Shown here: piece by piece, positions 13,280-24,061 of the stretch
How the letters are laid out: each line of letters opens with the position of its first letter
How positions within the stretch are numbered: position 1 is the stretch's first letter
Assembly: GCA_030295235.1 (NCBI GenBank)
Contig: AP026127.1
Coordinates: 1,302,001-1,366,000 of the forward strand
DNA: 64,000 nt
Source of the DNA: Fistulifera solaris
Lineage: Eukaryota
Reading direction: 5' to 3'
Position numbers and translations under genes: made by a program
The notes under the pieces: model-generated
Databases searched by the model: none
Told to the model about the DNA's origin: nothing
What the model saw: the letters and a program-made list of their open reading frames with translations, nothing else

Positions 13280-13670
13280 GCTAAAAGAAATTCTGCCCTA
13301 AAATCACTACTACCGGAGTATGAATTACTTACTCTAGTATGGTGCTTTCGACCAGGCATAAAATCTATGCAAGTTTCGAAATCCTGGATTGTTTGATCAA
13401 ACAAGAAAATCTTTGTAACCTGACGTTCCAGAAATTCTGGACAGGTTGATTTGATCGAACAGAAAACCTTTATTCTTCCACAAAGTCTGGAGACATGAGA
13501 CATGAGACATTGATCTCGATCATGCAGAAAATCTTGTTGGTTAATGAATTCTGAACACGTCGTTTTCGATTATAAGGCAATTGGTTCCGGGCTAGTTCCA
13601 GAAATTCTGTAAAAGGTGTTGTCGAAAATACAGAATACCTTTGTAACAGTTAGTTCAGAAATTTGAGGCT
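13280..13670. repeat. Degenerate copy of the CCAGAAATTCTGG satellite
   Basis: TTCCAGAAATTCTGGA at ~13426 and TTCCAGAAATTCTGTA at ~13596, with decayed CAGAAAA cores between them. Confidence 0.6.
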
Positions 13671-14080
13671 AAGGTTATGAATCACGCTGGTTGATCCGCT
13701 GAAAAACGTCTATCTAGTCTATGCTAGCTTCGTTAAAACGCGAAATCGAAATAAGTACTTTGCAGTAGTGCGTCTAATCAATCCTTCGTGGTTACTATTG
13801 TGTCTATCTTTCCATTACCAACAGCCTTGATCAAAAATTGCATTTGGTGGTCACATTTTTCAACGCTTGTCATAGATGAGCGGTTCCTTCGGTGAAATCC
13901 ATTTACAGCGAAGCTTTCGGATAATCTCGTTCTTACTACACATGTCTTAAGATAAGTAATGGCGTACGAGTATATCGTTTGACAATTAGGACTACAATAT
14001 GTACGAGTTTTACTTATCAGCGTATGAGACAAATCAATCCAAAAGTTTCACTCGGGCAACGCGATTCTCTGCATCGCCAC

Positions 14081-14953
14081 TTAATCGTCCTTCTTGTTCT
14101 TTTTGGGCTTCTTCGGCTTCTTGTTCTTCTTGGGCTTCTTCTCCTTCTCCGCTGACTGAACCGCTGGTGCTTCTGCGACCTGAGCTTCCGGTTCGGCTTC
14201 TTCAGTGACAAAGCGGTCAAGGTTGTTTTCGATGAGTTTTATCATACCATCCGCAATCTGTTCTCCAAACAACTGCGGGCGGACACGGCGGGAACTGCGA
14301 CTGACAGGAAGAGCGAGGGGAACACAGGCCGCGACTTCCACGAAATCGCAAGAAACGCTGAAACCAGCTTGCCCTCCCGATGTCTCGCACGGTACACAAG
14401 AATCACAAACACCGAAGGAACCCGCAGTGAAGGTGCAGGATTCCAAGGAAGTACTGATGAGGCGACTTCCGGCAGGCTCGAGTTTGACTTGTCCAGCGAA
14501 GCAGACGTCTCCAACATTGATAGCCGGAGAATCTCCGATATCCAAATCAACAGTGAATCCATCAAGGCAGTATCCAACACCGAAGGAGATATCTCTATTA
14601 GCAAGGGAGAGTGCGAAAAGACCAGTGAAGCTGGGTGTGTAGACGATGTTGTCTCGGATGGTGACATCACGAAGAGTGTCGCAATCGAAAGAGAGAGTAC
14701 CAGCCAAGATTTCAGGCGTGCATGCACATTCAACAGTTCCTCCAAGAAGTCGTTCGATACCCGTGCAGACAGCACCGTTAAAGAGGCCTTGGGTTTCACG
14801 GTCCGCGTCCATGGCCGACTCGGGAAGCTGAACGGTACCAGAGATTCGACCCGATTCATCTGCTCCGCGAAGAGAACGGAAAGTTAGTGTTTCCTCGCTT
14901 GCAGCAGCTGCGGTAACGAGGAAAGCGGAAACAAGGGCGGAAGAGAGCTTCAT
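14081..14953 (-). CDS. Secreted 12-Cys-domain protein B with KKPKK-repeat tail
   Basis: Signal peptide, RSL motif, domain closely similar to protein A (CTGIERL...SFDCDTLRDVTIR...AACVPLA.PV); ends KKPKKNKKPKKPKKNKKDD. Confidence 0.9.
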   Translation of the reverse strand: MKLSSALVSAFLVTAAAASEETLTFRSLRGADESGRISGTVQLPESAMDADRETQGLFNGAVCTGIERLLGGTVECACTPEILAGTLSFDCDTLRDVTIRDNIVYTPSFTGLFALSLANRDISFGVGYCLDGFTVDLDIGDSPAINVGDVCFAGQVKLEPAGSRLISTSLESCTFTAGSFGVCDSCVPCETSGGQAGFSVSCDFVEVAACVPLALPVSRSSRRVRPQLFGEQIADGMIKLIENNLDRFVTEEAEPEAQVAEAPAVQSAEKEKKPKKNKKPKKPKKNKKDD

Positions 14954-16368
14954 GTTTCTATTATTGATTGCAGAAGATATGATTTCGCGTCTTCGGCTTG
15001 TAAATGAGCCTAATCATTGCGCACCTCGGGGGCAAAAGTCGCCAGGTAGGACTTCGACTGCCGGAAATTGCCAACCACCATCGAGTTGTAGTCGGGAATT
15101 TTATCCGTTGTACTATTCGGATACTACAAGAATGTGAACAGAAACATAATTCATAAAAATAGTTAGGACAAATGCGCAAGATTCAGTGAAATTCGATATA
15201 GCTAAGACTGTACTAAAAACTTTTAGTTGCCGACCGGCGTTCGATCCAACTAAAATGTCGGTCGTGCTCGACGTTGAGCGCGGGATCGCTCTGATAGTTA
15301 TAGCCCCTTGCGCAGCACGCAAGAAAACTCCCCCTCTTCGTTCCGTTTCTCGTCCGAAGTTTTCGACTCTACGTTGAATAGTATAAACAGTCACGGATCG
15401 TGCATGATCCGCGTTTCATGTGTGAAGCTCCTATACTGGGGTTCAGGATAATGTACACAATAATAGAGTGTTCTGTAGCGTGTGACGTGTCTCCGAAGAT
15501 TTTGAAATTATGTGAAACATCTCTGTTGTTCTTGCGAATTAGCTTTACTTTATACTCCGTACTCGTTAACTAACTTGAAAGAGGATCATCATCTGTGCAA
15601 TGAACGCAATCGGAAGATGAGCGAAGCCTTTGTTGGGTCATTCTCTGCTTTGTGCGTTTGTTTTTGTGTTTCCTTTGCTGGCTTCTTGCTGCTTGATTGC
15701 CGTCGGAGATTGCCTTGAGAGGCGTAATCATCACATCTCAGAGGAATCATTACCGCACTATTAAAACCATGACTTCAAAGTCACGTCTCCTAATATCTGG
15801 GATCTGTCTGCGGAACGAAATTGATCAGGAATCAGCCTTTTACATAAAAACGCAGCGCATCTCTCCTTGCCGTACCTGGTCGGAGGAAAGTCTTAAATAG
15901 ACATCCGCCTTGATGCCTCGGGTTTTTTAAGCCATTGGCAACACCTTGGCTTTGCCATGAGAAGTAGTGGTATCGCACCGTGGCGTAGTATCTTTCCACC
16001 TTGCTATGATGTTTGAATGCGGCACAATTCAGCAATCAACCATAGAAGCGTCGACAACCAAAGCCGAATGACTGTATGTAAGACGTGCTAGTTTGACAGA
16101 TTGACTTGTAATCGTTACTGATGTTAATTACTCTTTTCAGTCCATCACTGGATCCTTGTACGGAGTATTAATCAATTTCATCGGTGACTTGTCGTGCAAG
16201 GCGAACGACACAAAAAGTCACTTCACAGAGAGCGTTCTTAACAATTCAACGGTAGAATCAGTAATTTTTCCCGAGATAAAATGTTCGAAAAAGACTTGTT
16301 AAATAGGAGCTGCAAAATAAAGAAACTTTACGTTTGTGCACGATCCAATAGAGTTGGCCATTTTCTAG

Positions 16369-17458
16369 TCATCGATTGCCTCCTTTCGACGTGAGCATCA
16401 CCCACCACGGAATATCTCGATTGTCATTATTCATACTGATTTGTGAATTGCTTTGCGAGGTTACTGGTTTGTTGGCGCTCGCGTAATCGAGCCATTTTGA
16501 GTGTCCTGTGTTAGGTGCCGGATTTTGTTGACCTTGTGCATTCAACCATGTCGTGCTTTGAACAGTATTTCCTGCGGTGCTACCTGCATTAGTTGTGGGT
16601 TGTTCTGCGGGTTGTTGTTGTTGCGGCGATCGTATTATTTCTTCCGTAGCAGCAGCATCCTCTTCGGCCAACATCTCGTCAACTCTACTCTCCATCATTC
16701 GCATAAGACCAAGCGCATCGAATACATCCCGATCATTTGTTTGGACTGTTGATCCGAAAAAGGAATGTTATTGGAGAGACAAAAGGCCCAGGCATGCTCG
16801 GACAATCCAAGTAAAAGCCATTTTCACCGGTTGGACATCTCTGACACGATGTGCAAGTTCCAATATCGCCAAATTGTACATTGCAATCGGCGACCGAAGC
16901 AGACACTTGTCCTTGAAGAGGATCAATGTCGATCGTGAGAGTGCCTTCGATGCAAAAATTCCCAAATGGCACAAATCGTCCGGCGTCCCCCAACCGCACC
17001 GCTTGGTAAGTCACGTCCGTCAAACACACAGAGACCGGCGAAGAGATTTGTGTTTCCAGTAGTCGAATGACAAAAGCACCTTCATATCGCGTTCCGTACG
17101 CTGCTCTTCCAACTTGAGATGGCGACATTCGTTCACATGAGTACGATATTTGCAATGGCAGACCATCTGCGGAACAATCGCAAGTGTATCGACTGGTGAA
17201 GAGTCGTTCTACGTCACCGCAGATGCGACGGATGAAAAGGTCTCGATCTGCATCATCGTGTATCGATCCATTTGCAATCTGGTCATCGAAGAGGTTGAAG
17301 GCTTTGTTGTCATCGGTCTTCAACAAACTACGAGATCCGCGCAGTTCCGGTTTTCTTCTATCCTCAAGATCGCCTGTATTGTTCAAAGTATGTTGTTCGG
17401 AGGCCATACTAATTCCAATTAGACCGAAAGATGTCGAAAGGGAGATCGGCCATCTCAT
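16369..17458 (-). CDS. Secreted 12-Cys-domain protein C with Q/N/T-rich tail
   Basis: Signal peptide, RSL and RDL motifs. ORFs 16733-17458 and 16369-16704 join if one T is restored in each of two T-runs (~16783, ~16759), giving GPFCLSNNIPFFG, which matches PFCVPNDIPIIG of protein D. Confidence 0.8.
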
Positions 17459-18560
17459 GATGCTTAATCGCTTGATTTCTTTTGTTCGGACAACGGCGTC
17501 TGAGACTTATGAAGGAAGATTAAATTTTTAGTGGCTTTCTGCTACCTAACTTCCTCGAATGAATGCATGAGAGGCTACAGCGCATCCACCAAGGAGACAT
17601 TTGTTCGCTATAGAAGGAAGAAAACAAGCAGCGCCGCAACAAAGAAGGCAAGAACGCCACCTATGGTCCCTGGTAATCGTGAAAATGAAAACCAGTGACA
17701 TAGCTGAGTTCGACCGCGAACTGCAACCGGTACAGAATCCCCTAACTAAACTTTTAGAGCCTCCGTATTTACTCATCTGCCGGTACTCGAAAGAGCCGTT
17801 CACATAATTTTCCACATACAAAAATAATGTTGGTTCATGGTCACGATGAACATCGTCTATCGTCTTACCTGATGCGTCTGCGAGTGGTCGTGTTGACGAA
17901 AACGATACCATATTTATGCTGCAAGGCCGGACTGCTGTCTTTGGGTAAAGAGTGTCGGTGAAAACATCTTTGTGTGGCGCGTATTAATCCACAAAAGAGA
18001 GTGGTTGTTGCCTCAACAAACCAAAATGGGGTAGAAGCACACTCTGTATGTTAATACTGCTTGACAAGAACAGTCGAGGACTATATCGCAACTGTGAATT
18101 ACAACAAGTGCAGGTACTTTCTGTGGTGATTCGACTTAATTGCTTCAAGGGTTTTTGAAGCGGACAAGGCCGTACGCCTATGCTTGGCAGATGTCAAACT
18201 GCTTTATTAGATGGCAACCGTCGTTAGCTTGGAGGAAAGCGAAATTTTTCTTGAAATAAAACTCGAAGAGGGTTTATTATAGAACGTTGCCTAAATCCAG
18301 TAACTCTACCACCGTCTCTTAGTCTATTGGACGAGATGATTATTTACAACCACACGGACAAAAAACGATTCAAATTTTCAAATTTGTCGTCACATACACT
18401 TTTCAGTACCGTGCTGCTACATTCTGAATGATACAATGATAACAAACGACTAAACCTCACTTTCTTTTACCCGATTCAACGCAAAATAATAATTTATTTT
18501 TCTTTGCGAGGAACGAAAGCCAAAGCAAAACGAAATCACTTGTCTGACTGAGAAATTAAC

Positions 18561-20606
18561 ATGAGAATTATAAGAGACGCCGTAATATTTGCTTTCCTTT
18601 TGTCCGGGCGCGTCTCCGGTTTCAACGATCGCGATGATGCATTGAAGATAAATGATGCAGACGAGCTTGACCGATCGATATACAAAGTATCCATCAAACG
18701 AGAACTGATGAATGAAGGGTATTCCTTGGAATATTTAAAAAGCATCTCCGATGGAGTTGTACAGATTGAACGAGATTCGGAAGAACGAGATTTGTTTGTC
18801 AGACGGATATGCAATATCATCGAACGTCTTTATAGCGACGGCACATACAACTGCGAATGCAGCATGAAGCCCTTAGCACCTCAAGTCTCCTACACTTGCG
18901 AGAGATACACCCCGACCCAAAGTGGACGGGCATCTTATGGCGTTCGGTACCAGGGAGCATTCATCTTCCGGTATTTGGCACTTTCGCTCTCGACACCGGC
19001 ATCCGTGTGTTTGACCGACATGACGTACAGCTCGTTGGCGTTGAATGGAGGCAGAGGAGGGGTAATTCCTTTCGGCGACTTTTGTATCGAATCACAGCTC
19101 GAAATCGATGTGAATCCTCTCCAAGGAGATGTGACTGTCTCCGTGGATGATTGCAATGTACAGCTTGGCGACAATCTAGGAACCTGCACTTTTTGCGGCG
19201 CTTGTCCGACAGGACCGGGTTTCTACATAGACTGCACAAATATCTGGCCAATACCGTTCTGTGTACCAAATGACATTCCCATTATTGGCGGCAGGATGAT
19301 TAATCGTGAGGGAACCGGAGCAGAAGCGGAAACGCAAGAGGGTGGAGCTCGATCCTTAGAAGATGGTAGCAGTAACCCTACAGGTGTAGGAGGGGGAGGC
19401 TTCCCAAAAGGTCTCGTTGGCGGTACAGGGATGCCGAATCCACAGAAGCTATTTAAAGTATTAGATTTAGCGAGACTCTTGCAAGAGAGAATCCAGGCAA
19501 TTATTGCCGACGACAGTTCTCAGCAATCGCCAACGGAACCAAGCGAAGGCACAACTGGACAACAAACTGGAACCATGAATGATCCTAATGGTCCTTGGCA
19601 GCCTTGGGCCGATAAAGATGAACCCGGTGAGACAGGAAATGAACCCGTGCAGCCTGACGAGGAACCTACGGAAACTTACGATGAGCCAGGTGAAAATGAC
19701 GACGAACCCATGGACGCTTACGATGAACCAGGTCATTCAGATGACGATCAAACTGATGACGGGCCTAACGATGATGACCAAACTGACGATGAACCTAGCC
19801 ACTCAGACGACGATCAAACTGACGACGATGAAGTGACGACTGACGACGCAACACTTGATAGTGCGTATGATCAAGGATCGAGTACGCAGCAAATAGGACC
19901 AATAGATCAGCCGACGGACTCTTGGCAACCGTGGGCGGCTACAGATGATTTACCGCCTATCGAAACGGATGACTACATACCAGCTCCCACTGATGATGAT
20001 ATTGAACAAACAAGTACCGACGATGACGAGCAAGTAAGCACTGATGATAATACCGACGATGACAGCACAGATGATGATGAGCAAATTAGCACCGATGATT
20101 ATGGAGTCGAGGAAGAGCCTAATGATTACTATGATGATCCCTACACCGAGCAAAATTCCGGCTACGGCTCCAAAAAAGGTAAAGAAAAGGGGGCAAGCAA
20201 AGAAAAGAAGACAAAAAGTGCTAAAGGTAGTACAACAGAGAAGGAGGGAAACACGAAGGGCATGGAAAAGGAATCGTCGGTCAAGTCACAAAAAGACGGC
20301 AAAGAAAATAAGAAGTCATCGGGTGGGAAAGACAAAGTTAGAGGAGGAGAAAGTTCCATGCGAATACAAAACTTAAACGGCCCATCAACCGAGCAATTAT
20401 ATGAGGAAGATGTCGGCATGCAAGCTTATGAGGCGGTAGAGGAGACGGAGAACGATCACGGTCCAAGGCCAAACAAACAAGATCCGGAGCAAAACGCCGA
20501 AAAGTTTTCGGAAGACCTTGATGATTCGGAAAGAGGCTGGTGGGGTCGAAATTCAAACCAAGAAAAAGAATCTTGGTTCAAAGGCTTTCTCAGAAAATCA
20601 GGGTAG
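18561..20606 (+). CDS. Secreted 12-Cys-domain protein D with long Asp/Thr-rich repeats and Lys/Ser/Gly-rich segment
   Basis: Intact 681-aa ORF; signal peptide, REL/RDL/RSL motifs, DDQTDD and STDDD repeats, KKGKEKGASKEKKTKSAKGS block. Confidence 0.9.
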   Translation: MRIIRDAVIFAFLLSGRVSGFNDRDDALKINDADELDRSIYKVSIKRELMNEGYSLEYLKSISDGVVQIERDSEERDLFVRRICNIIERLYSDGTYNCECSMKPLAPQVSYTCERYTPTQSGRASYGVRYQGAFIFRYLALSLSTPASVCLTDMTYSSLALNGGRGGVIPFGDFCIESQLEIDVNPLQGDVTVSVDDCNVQLGDNLGTCTFCGACPTGPGFYIDCTNIWPIPFCVPNDIPIIGGRMINREGTGAEAETQEGGARSLEDGSSNPTGVGGGGFPKGLVGGTGMPNPQKLFKVLDLARLLQERIQAIIADDSSQQSPTEPSEGTTGQQTGTMNDPNGPWQPWADKDEPGETGNEPVQPDEEPTETYDEPGENDDEPMDAYDEPGHSDDDQTDDGPNDDDQTDDEPSHSDDDQTDDDEVTTDDATLDSAYDQGSSTQQIGPIDQPTDSWQPWAATDDLPPIETDDYIPAPTDDDIEQTSTDDDEQVSTDDNTDDDSTDDDEQISTDDYGVEEEPNDYYDDPYTEQNSGYGSKKGKEKGASKEKKTKSAKGSTTEKEGNTKGMEKESSVKSQKDGKENKKSSGGKDKVRGGESSMRIQNLNGPSTEQLYEEDVGMQAYEAVEETENDHGPRPNKQDPEQNAEKFSEDLDDSERGWWGRNSNQEKESWFKGFLRKSG

Positions 20607-21134
20607 GGACCTCCCCCAGTAGTCATCTGCAAATGCTCACCTCATAAACAATATTTCTTTAATCAACTTCAGTTACTTTAGTGTACTTGAATTGCAGTAA
20701 AAGATCGTGTCAATGTGTCTGTTCTTATTTTGTTTGGTTCCGCTCCGTTCCGTTCTTCTTCTGTTTTTTATATACCGGGAAAGCGATTGACTCGGCTACA
20801 ATTCGCAAAGCATGTAAACTATAGGCCGCGTAGACCTAGATTAGATACTTTGTAGTTCGTGTTGATTCTTCTTCCTTCGTGTCATGAAACACTTTCCTCG
20901 GATTAGGGAGAAGGATAGAAGGCAGCAAGCCACTACTTTCTATCTGATAGTACAGAGTAAACGTCTTGCATCGTACGCTCGATGAGTTGACCTCACAAAA
21001 ATACTCACAACATCATGCGATGCGAAAAGCTCTGTGCAATCGACGACAATAAGCATCAACATCATTATTATCTCTTTTATCGCCAATTCAGCGCCTTGAT
21101 ACCCCGAATATAAAGGACGACACGAGGGCGAAAC

Positions 21135-22271
21135 ATGTGGGCGTTACGGCAATCGAACGCGCTTCGGAAGGCGTTCGATAGTTCATTCAAGGTGCGATGC
21201 TACTCGACTACCGTTCGCTTATTCAAGAACGACGACAAGAAGGATATTCCCAAATACCAGACAATCAACAATACTGGATTTTCTAACGAAGAAATCGAAA
21301 AGATTTTGCAAGAGGAAGAAGCCAAAATGATCGCTGAACAAAAGGCTAGATTTGTGGAAAGCTGGGAACCCGGCATGCGAAAGAAGCCTTTGCAATCGAG
21401 TTTCAAGCTAGAAGAATTTGAGTATGAGCTGGAACCGGAAAAGCATTTACCGCGATGGACGCTTCTTGATAAACGCTGCGGGGCGCTGGCTATCAAAGTG
21501 GGTATGATGCCTGTATTCGATGAGTGGGGCGTCCGACATCCTTGTACGGTGCTGTTCATGGATCAAAATATCGTTATTGGACATAAAACGATGGAAAAGA
21601 ACGGATACATTGCTGCTCAAATTGCTGCTGGAGAAAGAAAACGTAAGAACGTAGGAAAATCAGTCCTGGGGCAGTATCAGGGCTTCTTGTCGGAAGAGGA
21701 GAATCCACCGTACCTGGTCCGCGAGTTCCGCATTACCGACGAATCGCTGCTTCCCCCATTGCACTCGCAGATTCATGCGCGACACTTTGTTCCAGGACAG
21801 AATATAGACGTCTCGGGAATATCGAAAGGAAAGGGATTTCAGGGACCCATGAAACGTCACAATTTTGGTGGTATGCCCGCTTCACACGGTGTATCGCTGT
21901 CTCATCGAGCACATGGTTCCACAGGACAATGTCAGGATCCTGGAAAAGTATTCAAGGGCAAAAAGATGGCTGGGCATATGGGTACAGAACGAGTCACGAC
22001 TCAAAATGTGCGTATTATCAAGATTGATCGAGGCCGCAATCTACTTTACGTTCTTGGTGCGGTTCCAGGCAACAAGGGACATTTTGTCGAAGTCCGCGAC
22101 GCCGTGAAGAAACCCTTGTGGGGTACAGACAAAGTACTGGATGCAATCGATCGACCTCCTTTGCCAACGTTTGAATTCGAGGAGATTGATGGAAGCGGCA
22201 CCGCCCATGAAGTTTTTATGCCACTACCTGCTACAGATCCGTTCGCTCCGGACGATGAGGAAGCGGCCTAA
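21135..22271 (+). CDS. MRPL3: Mitochondrial ribosomal protein uL3m
   Basis: IKVGMMP, DVSGISKGKGFQGPMKRHNFGGMPASHGVSLSHRAHGSTGQCQDPGKVFKGKKMAGHMG uL3 signature; basic mitochondrial-type presequence. Confidence 0.95.
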   Translation: MWALRQSNALRKAFDSSFKVRCYSTTVRLFKNDDKKDIPKYQTINNTGFSNEEIEKILQEEEAKMIAEQKARFVESWEPGMRKKPLQSSFKLEEFEYELEPEKHLPRWTLLDKRCGALAIKVGMMPVFDEWGVRHPCTVLFMDQNIVIGHKTMEKNGYIAAQIAAGERKRKNVGKSVLGQYQGFLSEEENPPYLVREFRITDESLLPPLHSQIHARHFVPGQNIDVSGISKGKGFQGPMKRHNFGGMPASHGVSLSHRAHGSTGQCQDPGKVFKGKKMAGHMGTERVTTQNVRIIKIDRGRNLLYVLGAVPGNKGHFVEVRDAVKKPLWGTDKVLDAIDRPPLPTFEFEEIDGSGTAHEVFMPLPATDPFAPDDEEAA

Positions 22272-22362
22272 GTCAGTTCAAAAGATGGTTAAATTCTATA
22301 TGAGCGTTTATAACCGTAGCACTTGTGAATTTTATGCATGAATACATTCTAGAGCATGTTAC

Positions 22363-23685
22363 CTAGAGTATTTTCTTTTTACTCAAATAGTCGGCGAAGT
22401 TGATACCAAGGTGCGAGCCCAACAAAAGGACGGCATCCAAGCAGCCAGCGCACTCACCACTCCTGCTGCAGCAGCATAAAGACCCGGTCCGGGGCAGATT
22501 CCTAGTTCGGAAGAGTAAAACGCGTATGTGAGGTCACCAATTACATCAAACACAACCCATCAAAATTTTGTAAAGTCAGCCGTACCTGTCAATCCCCAAC
22601 CTGTTCCGAAAATGACAGCTCCCAAAAGCAGTTTTTTATCAATAGCTCGATTAGTAGGAACGGAGAACGAGGAACCTCTGGGCAGAGAAATGGGACTATC
22701 AATCAAGAACCTCTTTGTAACAGTATAGTCGGACAGCATTTGATACGACAACAACGAGGCCAAGATACCGGATCCCATGACGGTCATCAACGTGGGATCG
22801 TACGTGTTGTTCGAAAAACCCGACAAACAGAGAAAATCGTGTACTTTGGACGTCTTGGTCATTCCCGAAATCGACAGTCCTAGCGCGAACATCATTCCCG
22901 ACAGCGCTGCCCCCAAACCTTTGTTCTGTGCTACAATTTGTTCCTTCTTGTCTTCTACCGTTTCTGGAACAGGAATCGGTCGCACGAGAGCCACCATACA
23001 CACGGCAGACGTAAAAAGCGCACTGGCCCACGGATGCCAGTAGGGTGTTCCCGACGTTCGCAAGAAGCGCGTCCATGCCGACCAATTGCGCAATGGCGAA
23101 ATGACGAACTGCGTGAAAATGGCGGTTCCGGTGAAAGTGCAAGTCGCTACCAAACTGCGCAGACTGAAACGACTAATCCCACAAATACCATGACCCGACG
23201 TACAGCCATTCCCGATCCGCGTCCCGATTCCGACGAGCAATCCTCCCAAAATGTGGGCCGGCCACGAAGGAATGGGAACATCACTGGCGAGGGATCGATC
23301 ATCGCGTAACGCCATTTGCGGATTGATAAAGTAGACATACATATTGACCGTGAGCGAGAACTGGCAATCCAAACCCACCGCCAGTGATGTTTGGAGTCTC
23401 GCAACGTTTTTACAGGATGAAGAAGTGAATTGGAGAGAATGCCGCTAATGCCCATAATGTCTCCATTGAGGACAAGGAGCGTACCCGCCGAGGCTCCTGT
23501 ACATCAGGGATCAGAGAGAAACGAATGAATTATTTGTACGTCGTATAGACATGAGAGAAGAGAACGCGCAATTGAGAAAATAAGAAAGATTCGTCGCCTT
23601 CTGCGCGGATGACATACAACAGCGAGAGCGACGCACCAATGAGCGTTCCTCCTACAATCCCGGTAACAGGAGTAAAGAGAGACAT
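22363..23685 (-). CDS. YeeE/YedE (sulfur-compound/thiosulfate transporter) family membrane protein; 3 exons
   Basis: [52 protein letters not shown]...[24 protein letters not shown]; introns ~23497-23636 and ~22503-22586; homopolymer frameshifts. Confidence 0.9.
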
Positions 23686-24061
23686 CTTCACCTTTTCTTA
23701 TCTCGATGGGAAATGCCTTTTGATAGCAACAAAACGGCCTTATGAATGATGCTTCTTATACACTTTTGCTCTTTTTCGTCTCTTTCGAAAGTCTTCCGTC
23801 GCAATGCGTTCGCAACGGCCGGCGAAAAAAGGAAAAAGGCGAACCCGAACGGGGAAGCAGTTTCGGTGTGACAATGTATGATCGTCGACCGTGATGATGA
23901 TTTCCTCCATTCACTCGCAAAACACGCGCGCATTCATCATCACGATGATATGTTTTGTTCTTTCTCCATTCTCCTTCAACATCACCACCATTTATAACTG
24001 CAAAGCATACAAGTCTTTCAAATACACAAACATAAGATACATACCAACGCATTAAAATCGG

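Noticed and set aside
15195..15290. TAGCTAAG...GTTCGATCC with TTTTAGTTG/CAACTAAAA inverted repeat
   Set aside because: Weak A box, no cloverleaf, no tail or TSD; could be chance.
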